DNA of 64,000 nucleotides, taken from NCBI GenBank assembly GCA_050633305.1, contig JBOEGF010000011.1:251093-315092 (forward strand), read 5' to 3'. The position numbers were made by a program, and so were the translations under genes. The DNA comes from Nannocystales bacterium (lineage in GTDB: Bacteria; Myxococcota_A; Polyangia; Nannocystales; Nannocystaceae). The notes under the pieces were generated by a model, which was given only the letters and a program-made list of their open reading frames with translations, had not been told where the DNA came from and searched no databases. This document shows, piece after piece, positions 38,811 through 50,236 of the stretch. Every line of letters starts with the position of its first letter. Position 1 is the stretch's first letter.

Positions 38811-39017
38811 AGCGGTCGCCGCTCTCGAGCACGTCTGGCCCCCTCGCCACGATGTCTCGCTGGTCCTTGGGCGCGATGTCGTCGTCGCGAAACCTTGCGG
38901 GACCCCGGTACAGCAGCGCCTGCGCTTGTGGCCCTGGGCGCCAAATCCCTCATGAGCCACCGCGTCGAGGTTGTGAGATGTGGTCTAGAAGCGGCCCACA
39001 AGTGCCTTCAGAGCCGA

Positions 39018-39151
39018 GTTGACCGGGGAGAACAAAGCCCCTAGGGTCCGCGTTCCGCCCGGGAGGCACCCGGGTTCGTCCCCAATGGTGGAGACGGATC
39101 CGCGATGGGTGCCTCAACTGTATCCGGGCATCTCGAAAGTCAACCCAAACC
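39018..39151 (+). promoter_or_regulatory. Structured rpsA 5' leader, candidate autoregulatory element
   Basis: Nested complementary segments: GTTGAC/GTCAAC, GCCCGG/CCGGGC, GAGGCACCC/GGGTGCCTC and GGGTTCGTC/GACGGATCC. No Shine-Dalgarno before the ATG. Confidence 0.5.
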
Positions 39152-40972
<1,821 letters not shown>

Positions 40973-41020
40973 GTCCCGAGTCGCTTCGGACCTCTGAGTC
41001 ACGCTCCGGCGTGATTGCGG

Positions 41021-41053
41021 AAGGCGCCTTGGGGAAACCCGAGGCGCCTTTTT
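41021..41053 (+). terminator. Intrinsic terminator after rpsA
   Basis: AAGGCGCCTTGGG-GAAA-CCCGAGGCGCCTT followed by TTT. Confidence 0.88.
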
Positions 41054-41171
41054 CGTGCTCCGGTGGGTTCGGCGTGTTCGATCGGCGGCACGCTCGGCCC
41101 CTCACGCCCCAGGCGCAGGTTCGCGGGCCGAAGCGCGTTTCGCTGGAGAGCTGCCGTGGTAGAACCCGCCC

Positions 41172-41690
41172 ATGCCCGATCCGCTCGACGGTGTGCGCGT
41201 CATCGAGGGTGACCTCGATGCCAAGGGGGCCCGGTTTGCGATCCTCGTGAGCCGGTTCAACAGCTTCATCACCGACCGCCTTCTCGGCGGCGCAGTCGAG
41301 ACGCTACGGCGCCTCGGTGCCAACGCTGCCGACATTACGGTCGTGAAGGTTCCAGGTGCCTGGGAGCTTCCCCAGACCGCGTCGCGCATGCTCGAGACAG
41401 ACAGCTACGACGCCGTCATCGCGCTCGGCTGTTTGATGAAGGGCGACACGATTCACTTCGACCTCATCGCCTCCGAAGCCGCCAAAGGCTTGTCCGCGCT
41501 CGGGCAGAAGACCGGTGTTCCGGTGCTGTTCGGTGTGCTGACCACCAACGACCTCGAGCAGGCGGTCCATCGCGCCGGGGCGAAGTACGGCAACAAGGGC
41601 GCTGAAGTGGCGCAGGCTGCCGTGGAACAAATCCGAGTCTACGCCGCGTTGGGCAACAAGAGCACGAGCTCTCGTCGCCGGAAGAAGTAA
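41172..41690 (+). CDS. ribH: 6,7-dimethyl-8-ribityllumazine synthase
   Basis: SRFNSFIT, VPGAWELP, GDTIHFD, FGVLTT and NKGAE. Confidence 0.96.
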   Translation: MPDPLDGVRVIEGDLDAKGARFAILVSRFNSFITDRLLGGAVETLRRLGANAADITVVKVPGAWELPQTASRMLETDSYDAVIALGCLMKGDTIHFDLIASEAAKGLSALGQKTGVPVLFGVLTTNDLEQAVHRAGAKYGNKGAEVAQAAVEQIRVYAALGNKSTSSRRRKK

Positions 41691-41696
41691 GGTTCG

Positions 41697-42188
41697 TTGA
41701 GCAGCTCCAACCACAACCGCCAGCCCGACGCTCGCGGTCGGGGACGCGAGTTGGTGCTCGCCGCTTTGTGTCACCTCGAGGATGTGACCGCAGAGCAGCG
41801 ACCCGACGCGCTCAAATCTCTTCTCGCCAGCCCTCCCACGGGAGAGGAAACCGGGGAGACCCGTTTCGCTGAACTCGCCGCCGATCGACAGGCCCGCAAG
41901 TTCGCGGTCGCCTTGCTCGAGGTCGTGTTCGAGGGGTGGGAGACGATCGACGAGGACATCCGTACGGTGTCGAAGCGATGGAGGCTCGAGCGAATGGACC
42001 GGGTCGATCGCAACGCGCTGCGGATCGGAGCGGCTGAACTCCGCGGCCGGCCAGACACCCCGCGGGGCGTGATCTTGTCGGAAGCGGTCCGGCTGGCCTC
42101 GACGTACGGCAACGAGCGCAGTGCTGGCTTTGTGAACGGTCTGACCGCTTCGCTGGCCGACGCGCTTCGGCCAGGAGCGTCGCGCTAA
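41697..42188 (+). CDS. nusB: Transcription antitermination factor NusB
   Basis: WRLERMDRVDRNALR, VILSEAVRLA and FVNGL; follows ribH. Confidence 0.9.
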   Translation: MSSSNHNRQPDARGRGRELVLAALCHLEDVTAEQRPDALKSLLASPPTGEETGETRFAELAADRQARKFAVALLEVVFEGWETIDEDIRTVSKRWRLERMDRVDRNALRIGAAELRGRPDTPRGVILSEAVRLASTYGNERSAGFVNGLTASLADALRPGASR

Positions 42189-42817
42189 TGACGCCGTCGC
42201 CCCGCGGCCGGTCGCTGGCCCGGGGTCGGGTCCAGCTCCGGCTCGAGGCGCTGCAGCGCGACGTCCTCGATGGCCTGCCCGAGGCCGACGAGCCTGGCCG
42301 GGTGCGTGGCGATGTCGCGATCATCCCGTGGTTCGCAGATGAGCGACCCTTCCAAGGCCTCCTGGGTCTTCTCGACTGGCGCCGCGATGGCTCGCTGTCG
42401 TCACTCGCCCGCGATGGCGTGGCCCACGGGATCTGGAAAGAGCAGGTGCTGTTGCCCGCAGGGAGGGGACTCCCCGTGGATCGGATCGTCCTGTTGGGCT
42501 GTGGGGATCGTGAACGGTTCGACGCCGAAGCGGCCGCGAGCATCGGGGCTCAGGCGGCGAAGGTGGCCGTGGAGCTTCGCCCGCAAAGCGTCCTCGTGGG
42601 GATGCCGACCGGGTGTGCAGAGCGAGACGTGTTGGAATCGCTTTTCCTCGGTCTTGTACGAGGGATTGAAGACTCGGCCCAGGACGACCCTGAAGCTGTC
42701 TGGACCACACCAACCCACCCTTGGTGGGTCGTCGTGGAAGAGCGCCACATCGCCCGATTGCGGCGTCTGCTCGACGGGCCGCCGCGCGCCGCCACCCAGA
42801 CCACGTCCTCTTCCTGA
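42188..42817 (+). CDS. Peptidase M17 N-terminal-domain-like protein with no catalytic domain
   Basis: FADERPFQGLLGLLDWRRDGSLS...RIVLLGCG resembles the leucyl aminopeptidase N-domain. Confidence 0.65.
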   Translation: MTPSPRGRSLARGRVQLRLEALQRDVLDGLPEADEPGRVRGDVAIIPWFADERPFQGLLGLLDWRRDGSLSSLARDGVAHGIWKEQVLLPAGRGLPVDRIVLLGCGDRERFDAEAAASIGAQAAKVAVELRPQSVLVGMPTGCAERDVLESLFLGLVRGIEDSAQDDPEAVWTTPTHPWWVVVEERHIARLRRLLDGPPRAATQTTSSS

Positions 42818-42881
42818 CCATCTTCCACCAGTTCTCAGCTCGGGCCGGTCGGCCTGCGCACGGCTGGTATACTCGCCGGCG

Positions 42882-43256
42882 ATGGCGCAGCCCGTGCTCC
42901 TGGTGGAGGACTCCCGCGCGGTCCGGTCGTTCGTCAGCTCGATTCTCGAGTCGGCAGGCGACTACGACGTGCACGAGGTCGAGAACGGTTTCGAAGCGTT
43001 GCGCGCTCTTCCGCGCACCGACTTCGCGCTGGTCGTCACCGACGTCAACATGCCCGACGTCAACGGAATCGAGCTGACTCGGTTCGTCCGCGGACACGCC
43101 AAGTTTGCGGACATCCCGGTGCTGGTCATCAGCACCGATGCGTCGCACCCCGACACCCAACGTGCCTTGGAGGCGGGCGCGAACGCATTCCTGGCCAAGC
43201 CCTTCACGGCCGAACAGTTCCTCGAGGCGGTGGCCCGAGTGCGCGGAGGCGAATGA
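42882..43256 (+). CDS. cheY: CheY-like single-domain response regulator
   Basis: Start MAQPVLLVEDS (ATG 42882); VTDVNMP, VIST and LAKPF. Confidence 0.9.
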   Translation: MAQPVLLVEDSRAVRSFVSSILESAGDYDVHEVENGFEALRALPRTDFALVVTDVNMPDVNGIELTRFVRGHAKFADIPVLVISTDASHPDTQRALEAGANAFLAKPFTAEQFLEAVARVRGGE

Positions 43257-45412
43257 GCGAACCCCCGAAGCCATCCGCAGAGTTCCTTTCCGAGGCTCAG
43301 GAGGTCATCGAGGCCTTCAGCCGGAACCTGCTCCAGCTCGACAGCCAACAGCGGACGGGCGAGTTCGACCCCGACCTCCTCAACGCGGCGTTCCGGGCGA
43401 TCCACTCGCTCAAGGGCCTCGCGGGGTTGTTTGGGGCGACGCAGATCAGCAGCCTCGCGCACGCACTGGAGAGCACGCTGGACAGTCTGCGGCTGGGCCG
43501 ACTCCCGCTGTCGCAGCCAGCGTTGGACGTCCTGTTCGAAGCCGTCGAGGTGTTCCAGAACATGCTCGCGGTGTTTGGTCTCGAGGAGACCGAGGGCGCG
43601 GTCTCTGCGGAACCCTTGCTGGCCCGCATCGCGGCGTTGTCGCCGGACGGGGAAGAGGACGATGGGGCAGGGGATCTGCTGGGGCTCGACCCCGCAATCC
43701 TCGGGGTACTCACCGAGTACGAAGAGCACCGACTTCGCGAGAACGTGCGACTCGGGCGACGCCTGTACCGGGTTCACGCCGCGTTCGACCTGCTGGCCAT
43801 CGATGTCGGCATCGAATCCCTCAAGAGCAAACTCAAGGAGTTCGGGGAGGTCATTACGTACCTCCCCAGCGCGGATGCGGGTTCCGACGACCGCATCGAG
43901 TTGGACATTCTGCTCGGCTCGGACTCGACCCTGGCGGACATCGGCTCTGGAGTCGCCGAAGATGGGGTCCGGGTGTACGCGCTCGAGGCCGCTGCGGAGC
44001 CCCACCAAGCGCGTCCGAGTCCTGCCGTCGTCGAACCTTCGAACCCGACACCGGCCCCGATCGTCCCGCTGAGTTCGGACGACGGCATCGAGATGGTGGA
44101 CGCCAGCACCTCGATGTCGCTGCGTTCGATCTCGCAGACGGTCCGCGTTGACCTCGAACGGCTCGACGTCTTGATGAACCTGGTCGGCGAGCTGGCCCTG
44201 GTTCAAGCGAACTTGTCCGGAACGCTCGAGTCAGTTCGAGCCCTGGCGCGCTCTGCTGACGTTTCTCGCGAACTGCAGACCCACCTGCGGACGATGGACC
44301 GCAAACTCTCGCTCCTGCAGCAGAGCATTCTGGATGTTCGGATGGTCCCCTTGGGACAGGTGTTCGACAAGCTTGCCCGGGTCGTCCGAAAGCTCGGGCG
44401 CGAGGCTGGCAAGGACATCCGGTTGGTCATCACCGGGGCGGACACTGAACTCGACAAGCTGATCGTCGAGGAACTCAGCGACCCGCTGATGCACATGATT
44501 CGCAACTGCATCGACCACGGCATCGAGACCGAGGCCGAGCGCACCAGCTTGGGCAAGGGACCCAGCGGCCACATCGAGCTACGCGCCTTTCAGAAGGGAA
44601 ACCGAGTCGTCATCGAGGTCGAAGATGACGGCCGTGGCATGGACTGGCGCCAAATTCGAGACAAGGCGGTCCAACGCGGCGTTGTCGATGAGTCCGAGAG
44701 CCGCGAGATGGCGCGCCAGGAGGTCATCGACCTCATCTTCGTCCCGGGCTTCTCCACGAAGGATGTCGCGACCGAAGTCAGCGGCCGCGGGGTGGGGATG
44801 GACGTCGTCAAGACGAACATCGCCCGACTCTCAGGGCTCATCGATGTCGATACTGCACCGGGCCGGGGCTCGAAGTTCTCGATCACCCTTCCGGTCACGT
44901 TGGCGATCATTCAGGCGCTGGTCATCGAGACGGCGCGCCAAACCTTCTGTATCCCGCTCAACTCGGTTCTCGAGTCGATCATGGTCAGCGAGGCTGACAT
45001 CGAGACCGTCGAGGGACACGAAGTGGTCTCGTTGCGCGGTAAGACGCTGCCCATCCTGCATCTGTCTCGGATCTTCGAGCTGCAGACCAACTATCAATAC
45101 CTCGATCCGGCCCGGATCTATGTGGTCATCGTGGGTCTGGCACAGCATCGAGTGGGTATCGTGGTCGACGAGTTGCTCGGACAACAAGACGTGGTGATCA
45201 AACCGCTTGGGCGTGCACTTCGCGGTGTCCCCGGCATCGCTGGCGCCACCGAGCTTGGCGGAGGCCGCACCGTGCTTCTTCTCGACGTCTCGGTGTTGGT
45301 CGAAGAGGCCCTCGGACGGAGCGACGGTGGCCCGGCGGATCCGGGTCCTGCGCCCACGCCAACCCCCCACAACACGCCAGGTGGCGGGACACCGGAGGCC
45401 TCGCATGCCTGA
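43253..45412 (+). CDS. cheA: Chemotaxis histidine kinase CheA
   Basis: Hpt AIHSLKG, VRVDLERLD, HMIRNCIDHG, DDGRG, SGRGVGMDVV and a C-terminal CheW-like domain. Confidence 0.97.
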   Translation: MSEPPKPSAEFLSEAQEVIEAFSRNLLQLDSQQRTGEFDPDLLNAAFRAIHSLKGLAGLFGATQISSLAHALESTLDSLRLGRLPLSQPALDVLFEAVEVFQNMLAVFGLEETEGAVSAEPLLARIAALSPDGEEDDGAGDLLGLDPAILGVLTEYEEHRLRENVRLGRRLYRVHAAFDLLAIDVGIESLKSKLKEFGEVITYLPSADAGSDDRIELDILLGSDSTLADIGSGVAEDGVRVYALEAAAEPHQARPSPAVVEPSNPTPAPIVPLSSDDGIEMVDASTSMSLRSISQTVRVDLERLDVLMNLVGELALVQANLSGTLESVRALARSADVSRELQTHLRTMDRKLSLLQQSILDVRMVPLGQVFDKLARVVRKLGREAGKDIRLVITGADTELDKLIVEELSDPLMHMIRNCIDHGIETEAERTSLGKGPSGHIELRAFQKGNRVVIEVEDDGRGMDWRQIRDKAVQRGVVDESESREMARQEVIDLIFVPGFSTKDVATEVSGRGVGMDVVKTNIARLSGLIDVDTAPGRGSKFSITLPVTLAIIQALVIETARQTFCIPLNSVLESIMVSEADIETVEGHEVVSLRGKTLPILHLSRIFELQTNYQYLDPARIYVVIVGLAQHRVGIVVDELLGQQDVVIKPLGRALRGVPGIAGATELGGGRTVLLLDVSVLVEEALGRSDGGPADPGPAPTPTPHNTPGGGTPEASHA

Positions 45413-45983
45413 GCCAAACGAGGACATTTGGGATCAGATGGTGCAAGCCGGCGACGGGTTTGCGACCGAGGAAGACTACGAACACGGCTACGCCCGCGTT
45501 GTCCGCGTCGACCTTCAGCAGCACGTCGTGTTCCGCGTTGGCGAGGAGACGTACGGCATCCCGATCGCGCAGATCGGTGAAATCTCGAAGCCCATGTACA
45601 CCACGCCCGTCCCTCGGACGGCCGACTTCGTCCTGGGGATCGGCAATGTTCGTGGCGTCGTGATCCCGATCGTGGACCTGGCGACGCGTCTGCGGCTGGG
45701 CCAGTGCGCCAAGGCCCGCGAGGCACGAGTCCTGATCGTTCGCCATGGCGGCGAGCAGACCGGGCTGTTGGTCGATGAGGTGATCGGCGTGATGTCAATT
45801 GCGCCGGAGAACCTGGAGGAGGCACCCGGCGCGCTCGCGGGGGCTCGTGGTGATTTCATCCGTGCTCTCGCGCGGTGGGAAGGTCGGATCATCATCATCC
45901 TCGACCTGGGGACCCTGCTGGCACCAGCGGACTTCTTGGCGTTGGGTGTTCGTCGATCCTCTGGCCGGGGAGGTCGGTCATGA
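45405..45983 (+). CDS. cheW: CheW coupling protein
   Basis: FRVGEETYGIPI, VPRTADFVLGIGNVRGVVIPIVDL and GLLVDEV; start ATG 45405. Confidence 0.92.
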   Translation: MPEPNEDIWDQMVQAGDGFATEEDYEHGYARVVRVDLQQHVVFRVGEETYGIPIAQIGEISKPMYTTPVPRTADFVLGIGNVRGVVIPIVDLATRLRLGQCAKAREARVLIVRHGGEQTGLLVDEVIGVMSIAPENLEEAPGALAGARGDFIRALARWEGRIIIILDLGTLLAPADFLALGVRRSSGRGGRS

Positions 45984-46660
45984 GCGGCCCCAAGTCGAAG
46001 AACGCCGACCCGGTCATGCTACGGCGGCTCAGCGTGGGCCAGTCGATGGCCCGCGATGGATGGAAGACAACCGACGAGGTCGATGACGATGTCCTCAAGC
46101 TCGCAGGCTTTCATGTCGGCGAGGATGTGTACGGCATCGACATCATGCGCATCAAAGAGGTGATCCAGGCCAGGCCCTATCCGGTCCGGCCGGTCCCGCA
46201 TGCGCCGGGGATCGTTGAAGGCGTCATCGCGCTGCGAGGCGTGGTCATCCCCGTGGTCGATCTTCGCAAGCGCTTCGGCGCGGTGCAGAGCGAACGAGAC
46301 CCCGAAGTGGTCCGCCTTCGAAAGCTGATCATCGTGTCGGTTCGCGGCCGAATCGTGGGCCTGCGGGTGGACCAGATCGTCGGGGAACTCCGCGTGCCGG
46401 CGGGCGCGCTTCGACCCGCACCCTCGATGCTTCGGCCGGGCGGCCCGGGAGGTCCTGAATTCTTCTCCGGCGTGTTCCGCAGCGACAACGAGATGGTGTT
46501 CGTGGTCAACCTGGATGCGCTACTGGACCACCGTGTGCAGAGCCTTCCCGAGAGGCCGCCCAGCCCTCCGTCGGGCGAGCCTCCCATCGACTCGCTGACC
46601 GACCCGTTGTTGGGCCCGTTGTTGGGCCAGGACTCGGTCGAGGAGGACGCCGGCGCGTGA
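45980..46660 (+). CDS. cheW: Second CheW coupling protein
   Basis: FHVGEDVYGIDIMRIKEV and VPHAPGIVEGVIALRGVVIPVVDLR; start ATG 45980. Confidence 0.92.
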   Translation: MSGPKSKNADPVMLRRLSVGQSMARDGWKTTDEVDDDVLKLAGFHVGEDVYGIDIMRIKEVIQARPYPVRPVPHAPGIVEGVIALRGVVIPVVDLRKRFGAVQSERDPEVVRLRKLIIVSVRGRIVGLRVDQIVGELRVPAGALRPAPSMLRPGGPGGPEFFSGVFRSDNEMVFVVNLDALLDHRVQSLPERPPSPPSGEPPIDSLTDPLLGPLLGQDSVEEDAGA

Positions 46661-47361
46661 GCACCGTCCTGTTCGCACACGAACGTCCTTCTGTCGCCCG
46701 CGCCGTGACGCATGTACTCGAGCCGCGCGGGTTCGAGGTCGACTCGGTGCGTGACGGTGACGCGGCGGCGGCGGCTCTACGGGCGCGTCGGTACGCGGCG
46801 CTCGTGGTCGATGTCGCCCTTCCCGGACGACCGGGATACGAACTCGTCGATCTCGCGCGGGCGGAGGCCGACGACCATGGCTGTGGCGCACAGGTCGTGG
46901 TGCTCGTGGCGTCCGTTTTTCGCAAGACCTCGTACAAGCGGCGTCCGGCTCGACTGTACGGCGCGGACGACTACGTCGAACTGCACCACCTCGGGGACTT
47001 GCTCCCCGAGAAGCTCGCATCTCATCTTGGCATCGACTTGCCAGGCGCGGGGGCTGAGGCAGGGGATGAGAGCGCCGAGGCGGTCTACGAGATCGCCGAG
47101 GACCACATGGACGACCAGTCTTCCGATGAGCTTGCGTCGCTGATCGTCGGGGACGTGGTTTTGTACAACGGCGAGAGCATCGCCGGGACGTCAACGCTCT
47201 CCGAGGCACGAGCTGCGCTGGCCGACGACCTCGAAGTTGCCCGCGACCTCCTGAGGCAGGTCTACGCGTCTCGAGGTGATGACACCGACGCTGCAGCTGC
47301 GCTCGAGCGCTCGTTTCGCAACCTCATGCACACGATGGGGCGGCGGGAGGCCAGCGCATGA
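46657..47361 (+). CDS. Atypical receiver-domain protein with a C-terminal helical domain
   Basis: VVDVALPG keeps the phospho-acceptor Asp. The acidic pocket reads AHE and the conserved Lys is absent (DYVELHH). Confidence 0.75.
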   Translation: MSTVLFAHERPSVARAVTHVLEPRGFEVDSVRDGDAAAAALRARRYAALVVDVALPGRPGYELVDLARAEADDHGCGAQVVVLVASVFRKTSYKRRPARLYGADDYVELHHLGDLLPEKLASHLGIDLPGAGAEAGDESAEAVYEIAEDHMDDQSSDELASLIVGDVVLYNGESIAGTSTLSEARAALADDLEVARDLLRQVYASRGDDTDAAAALERSFRNLMHTMGRREASA

Positions 47362-49340
47362 AGCCGTTGCCCGCTCCATACCCCGGACTCGTCGCGATGC
47401 TGACCGCTCCGAGTTGGCGGGAGCGAAAGGAAGCGGTCGCGAAGCTACGCGAGGCCGTCGCCGATGACCGAGATCGAATCGAGGTGATGAAGCCGCTGGC
47501 CGAGGTCTTGCTCGACGGGTTGTTGTCCGTGGATCAGCTCGAAGGCCGGGCTGCGTGTCACGAGGTGCTCGTCGCGATGGCCCCTCTGTCGACGGTCGCT
47601 GTCATCGCGCGCCTCGACCGACCCGGCGTGTCCCCTCGGCTGCTGGTCGACCTGCTCGGCGTGCTCGGTGATCGTTCCGCGGTCCCTCGCTGCGCGGTGC
47701 TGTTGGGCCGCGCCGATGAGGACCCGAACCTTCGAGCATCGGCGGCGTCTGCCTTGGGCCGGTTGGGGGGACCCGAAGCCCGGGAGGCGCTTTGCGGCGC
47801 GCTTCGGGAGAACTCTCAGATGCTTGTCGTCCATGTGCTCGACGCGCTCCATGCGATGGAAGCCGAGGTCGAGCTCGAGGAACTCGAGCGTCTGTTCTTG
47901 GATCCGTTCACGCGCAAGCCCGTGGCGCTGCTTCTGGGACACACGCGCAACCCGGCGGCGCTCTCGCCTCTGATCAGCGCACTTGAAGATCCGATGGCAG
48001 GGGTGCGTGCCGCCGCGGTCTTGGGGCTGGCAGAGCTGGGCAACGGCTTGGATGCGGAGAAGCCCGGGTTGGTCCCCGCGGCGCTCGCCCGGGTCAGTCG
48101 GACCGCCCGCGCCAACGTTCGCGACCTGGTCCTCCATCACGACCTCACCGTGTGCCGCGCTGCGATTCACCTCGCTACGTGGGCGCGCGACGTCGATGCG
48201 GCTGGACCGGTGCTCGAAGCGATGGAGGACCCGCTGGTCCACGAACTGGCCTTCGGGTTTGTCGAGGCGGCCGGGCCCACGGTGGGCGAAGTGCTCCGGG
48301 AGGCCGACGCGCACAGCTCCGAGGCTCGCCCCGAGCATCTGCTACGACTGCTGGGCGCGATCGACCCGGCCATGATCGACGAAGCGTCCCTGGATCTGCT
48401 GGCCCAGGGGCTGTCCGACTCCGACGAAGACATCGCACTGGCTGCCGCGGAAGCGCTCGCACGTGTCGGAACGCGTGCGGCTTTGCCGGAGCTCTACCGG
48501 GCGATGGCCGAGGAAGGACGCCGGGGGGAAGCGTCCGCCGAGGCGATGGCCACCGTGCTCAGGCGGGTGGGGGACGCCGCTGGGACCGAGGTCTCGATGA
48601 TCGTCGGCACGCACTGGCCCGACATGGGAGACCTCGCCCGAAACCTCTGTCGGGTCGTCGGAGCGTTGGGCTCACCTCGTTATGCCGCGCGTCTGGTCTC
48701 GATGATGGGTTCCGCCGACGTGGGCGTCCGCATCGCAGCCGCTCTGGCGATCGGCCAACTCGAGGGGGAGCACGAGGGGGTCGGCGCGCTGTCGTTCGCG
48801 TTGGCGGACGAAGAACCCCAGGTGAGAGCGGCGGCGTGCCGCAGTCTCGCGAAGGCTCCCGCAGCGGTTGCGTCCCTGCTCTCGGCGACCTCGGATGACT
48901 CCCCGCAGGTCCGGACGGCGGCAGTGCAAGCGCTGGTCGAACTCGACAACCCCGTCGCGTTGGCGCGGTTGCGGGCGATCATCGCCGAGGAGCCGGTCCC
49001 CTCGGTCGTGGTCGCGGCGATTGCTGGCTTGGGCAACTCTGCGCTCGACCAAGACCTCACCATGTTGATGAGTCTGTGCACCTCGGCCGACTGGGAAGTG
49101 GTCAAGGCTGCCGCTCGCGCGCTCACCAGCTTCGCCGCCCATCGGGCGACCGCCGCCTTGCTGGGTCTGCTGGGGCACTCTCGCTGGGACGTTCGTTGGA
49201 CGGCCGCCGAGGTTCTGGAGAAGCGCGGTGATGTGACGGCACTGGCCTCGTTGCGGATCGCTTTCGATCAGGAGGACGACCGCCTGGTTCGCGAGGTCTT
49301 GGCGCGGTCGATCGCGAGTGTCGAAGGGCGCCCGTCGTGA
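47358..49340 (+). CDS. HEAT-repeat protein
   Basis: Many repeats such as DPNLRASAASALGRLG, DEEPQVRAAACRSL and RWDVRWTAAEVL. Confidence 0.9.
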   Translation: MKPLPAPYPGLVAMLTAPSWRERKEAVAKLREAVADDRDRIEVMKPLAEVLLDGLLSVDQLEGRAACHEVLVAMAPLSTVAVIARLDRPGVSPRLLVDLLGVLGDRSAVPRCAVLLGRADEDPNLRASAASALGRLGGPEAREALCGALRENSQMLVVHVLDALHAMEAEVELEELERLFLDPFTRKPVALLLGHTRNPAALSPLISALEDPMAGVRAAAVLGLAELGNGLDAEKPGLVPAALARVSRTARANVRDLVLHHDLTVCRAAIHLATWARDVDAAGPVLEAMEDPLVHELAFGFVEAAGPTVGEVLREADAHSSEARPEHLLRLLGAIDPAMIDEASLDLLAQGLSDSDEDIALAAAEALARVGTRAALPELYRAMAEEGRRGEASAEAMATVLRRVGDAAGTEVSMIVGTHWPDMGDLARNLCRVVGALGSPRYAARLVSMMGSADVGVRIAAALAIGQLEGEHEGVGALSFALADEEPQVRAAACRSLAKAPAAVASLLSATSDDSPQVRTAAVQALVELDNPVALARLRAIIAEEPVPSVVVAAIAGLGNSALDQDLTMLMSLCTSADWEVVKAAARALTSFAAHRATAALLGLLGHSRWDVRWTAAEVLEKRGDVTALASLRIAFDQEDDRLVREVLARSIASVEGRPS

Positions 49341-50218
49341 CGCGTCGGCGTCGGTACACCAACCCAGGTTGGGGGCTCGCCGACGAGTCCCGCCCGGCCA
49401 TGACGCCGGAGGAAGCCCGTCTCGTCCAGGAACTCATCGTCGAGACGTGCGGCCTGTCCCACGGACTCGACTCTTCGTTTTTCCTCGAGCGACGGATCGG
49501 TCCGCGGCTCGAGGCGCTCGGTCTGCGAAGGGCGCGCGACTACTATCATTACCTTCGCTACGATCCCGGCGGCCCGGCGGAGCTCGAGACGTTGATCGAG
49601 CGACTGACCACGCACGAGACCTACCTGTTTCGAGAGCAGTACCAGCTCGACGCATTCCGTCTGGAGCTGCTCCCGGACTTCATCGCGCGAGACGACGGTC
49701 GCAGACACCTGACCGTGTGGAGTGCTGGCTGTTCGACTGGGGAGGAGGCCTACACGCTGGCGATCCTTCTGCGGGAAGATGCTCGACTCCGGGATTGGAC
49801 TCTGCGCGTCATCGGCAGCGACATCTCTCGCAAAGTCGTTGCGGCCGCACGACGGGGTCAATATGGGCCGTCGAGCTTTCGCGCGACCACAGAGTATTTT
49901 CAGCGCAAGTACTTTCGCGAGAAGGGCGGAAAGTTCGCTGTTCGGGATGATGTGCGGGCCCTGTGTTCGTTCGGGCAGATGAATCTGCTTTCGACCGAGC
50001 GATTTCGTGTTCTTGGACGCTGCGACGCGATCTTCTGTCGAAACGTCCTGATGTATCTCTCCGCTGAAGCTCGTCAGCGGATTGTCGATGCGTTCTATGA
50101 TTCACTCAACCCGGGCGGGTACCTGTTGCTCGGGCACTCTGAGAGTTTGCTGAACGTCACGACGCGCTTCGACCTCGTTCACCTCTCTCGCGACCTCGTC
50201 TACCGCCGTCCCCTTTAA
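49337..50218 (+). CDS. cheR: Protein-glutamate O-methyltransferase CheR
   Basis: THETYLFRE, WSAGCSTGEEAY, GSDIS, IFCRNVLMY and LGHSES. Confidence 0.95.
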   Translation: MTRRRRYTNPGWGLADESRPAMTPEEARLVQELIVETCGLSHGLDSSFFLERRIGPRLEALGLRRARDYYHYLRYDPGGPAELETLIERLTTHETYLFREQYQLDAFRLELLPDFIARDDGRRHLTVWSAGCSTGEEAYTLAILLREDARLRDWTLRVIGSDISRKVVAAARRGQYGPSSFRATTEYFQRKYFREKGGKFAVRDDVRALCSFGQMNLLSTERFRVLGRCDAIFCRNVLMYLSAEARQRIVDAFYDSLNPGGYLLLGHSESLLNVTTRFDLVHLSRDLVYRRPL

Positions 50219-50236
50219 CGCCGACTCCAGAACCCG

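Noticed and set aside
41054..41171. FMN riboswitch upstream of ribH
   Set aside because: Too short, and no RFN consensus segments recognisable.
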